DNA of 61,194 nt, filler included. It is 7 parts of 7 records of this genome, joined end to end, with 100 filler letters (N's around TTAATTAATTAA, not from the genome) between each part and the next. Parts side by side here need not be neighbours in the genome. Positions count along the whole stretch, not along the records: positions 56,712 to 61,194 come from SRR7504441_686; 6 more parts are not named here. One strand, given 5' to 3'. Shown one piece after another: positions 60,101 through 61,194 of the stretch. Every line of letters begins with the position of its first letter. The stretch's first letter is position 1. A program made the position numbers and the translations under genes. The notes under the pieces are model-generated. The model was given only the letters and a program-made list of their open reading frames with translations, did not search any database and was not told the origin of the DNA.

Positions 60101-61170
60101 ATGCTTCTACGGCGCCTACCTGTCGTTTCTGGCTCTCGGCTATATCCTCGTGTTCCTTGTAGTGCTAATCGTGGTGTTTACGATCGGTTGGGGTCCGACC
60201 TGGAGGAATTTGTGGCAGCCGTGAGCTGCCCACCCGAGGCTGACTTGACTGTGTGGCCGGTGCAGTATCATCAAGTGGTTTGTGTGGTGGTTCATTGCAT
60301 ATATCTTGGACTTGATTTGGCTCCGAACTCAGCTCTTCAACAACATCTGCTGCTGGTAAATCCGCATAATCCCACGTGACTGGCTGCGCAGGGGGGATTA
60401 TAACCAATGGCTCAAACACCCGACCGTATATTACTTTGTGGACTCGGTCATGACTTGCTACTATGTCCCGCAGCAAGGAATGGCCGCTGCTTACCGAACT
60501 ATTTACCTAGTCTGCTTTGCCATTCTCTCCTGCTTCCGAATGGACGTCAGTTGCGTGCCAAGAGCTGTTTGACGTGTCGGTAGGTGGACATGATGCCGCA
60601 TGGCGGCGAGACTTACGACACCGGCTTCACCTGCTTCACAGCCGTCTTGCTCATGTGTCACTAGACCTACACTCATACTGACATGCGTGCCAGGGCTGAA
60701 AGGCAACGGAACCCTGTACTCATGTACTTTTTCGGTGGCTCAGCTGGGCTGCAGGCCGTTAGCTCTCGGGGGCAGAGAGCTTCTCACTGCCATATCCGGA
60801 GCCTCGGGTGAGCAAGAGAGCGCAGATCCGTTGGAGGCTGGCCCTGCTCTTGCTCAAGAACCCATCGCTTCGGCAGTATCGTCGGCATGGGCAGAAGTGT
60901 ATGGAGAAGCAGTTGGAACTGGAGAAGAACATGTTTGCGAAGATCCACGAGCTAGACAAGAATGAGACCACAGTCGCTGAGAACCCGCTTCGAGCGAATG
61001 CAATGGGCTCGACCGAAGAGAAAGTGGTTGAGAATTTCAACGCTTTGCAGATAGATGTGTCGGACTCTCCGGTCGCCTCAAAGCAGGACGAGGCCGATGA
61101 TTTAGACGCCGCACAGGTGAAATCAGATGAGGATGAACCCTTGCCGGAGCATGACACCATCGTCGTTTGA
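57144..61170 (+). CDS. Multipass membrane protein with a fibronectin type III domain
   Basis: Several TM helices, then PPAPARPRVLSRSYNYMDLEW|ESPRSLNGNVVSYQV..VSGLDPSTRYAFKIRAV (FN3), further TM exons and an acidic tail ending TGA at 61168-61170. Confidence 0.65.
58000..58039 (+). mobile_element. Introner-like 40-nt GT-AG intron (family copy A)
   Basis: gtgcggttaccttcctaataagggaataaccagttaacag; splits a Trp codon TG|G; contains an in-frame TAA; 37/40 identical to copy B. Confidence 0.8.
58358..58397 (+). mobile_element. Introner-like 40-nt GT-AG intron (family copy B)
   Basis: gtgcggttaccttccaaataaggcaataaccggttaacag; splits the conserved FN3 Trp codon TG|G; removal restores LEWESP..NG..VSYQV. 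Confidence 0.8.
59223..59244 (+). repeat. Interstitial telomeric repeat (CCCTAA)3 CCCT inside an intron
   Basis: ccctaaccctaaccctaaccct lies between two copies of a duplicated exon-intron junction. Confidence 0.85.
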
Positions 61171-61194
61171 ATTTAATTATTTAGCAGACCAATG

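Noticed and set aside
1-61194. rRNA, tRNA, transposase or viral genes; a definite taxonomic assignment
   Set aside because: None recognised by eye, and no marker in the window supports naming the organism without phylogenetic analysis.

Overview
Eukaryotic nuclear DNA from a compact, GC-rich, flagellated protist (CC2D2A/MKS6 and SF-assemblin-like genes; standard genetic code). The window is not one locus: seven contigs are joined by 100-nt N-TTAATTAATTAA-N linkers, and Illumina adapter remnants sit at 1-13 and 26431-26452. The ORF track is fragmented because most genes carry many tiny spliceosomal introns (mostly 35-45 nt), about 30% with GC donors in the two genes fully counted. Manual splicing gives about 25 genes or gene fragments, including a 7TM-INPP4 fusion, a GHL15-like glycoside hydrolase, a WHEP-fused tRNA-guanine transglycosylase, CC2D2A, RidA-like, nicotinamidase, SRP68, cystathionine beta-synthase, DGAT2, a cytochrome b5 desaturase, an IPK-like protein, a giant chorein-N (VPS13/ATG2-like) protein, a ubiquitin-PDAP1 fusion and an FN3 membrane protein. 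Best leads: (1) a family of near-identical 40-43 nt hairpin introns in two unrelated genes on different contigs, consistent with a miniature introner; (2) a chorein-N bridge lipid-transfer protein apparently fused to its own ~8-TM C-terminal domain; (3) a length-constrained, GC-donor-rich micro-intron system; (4) several unusual fusions. All gene models and family calls are by eye and from memory of motifs; no database searches were run.
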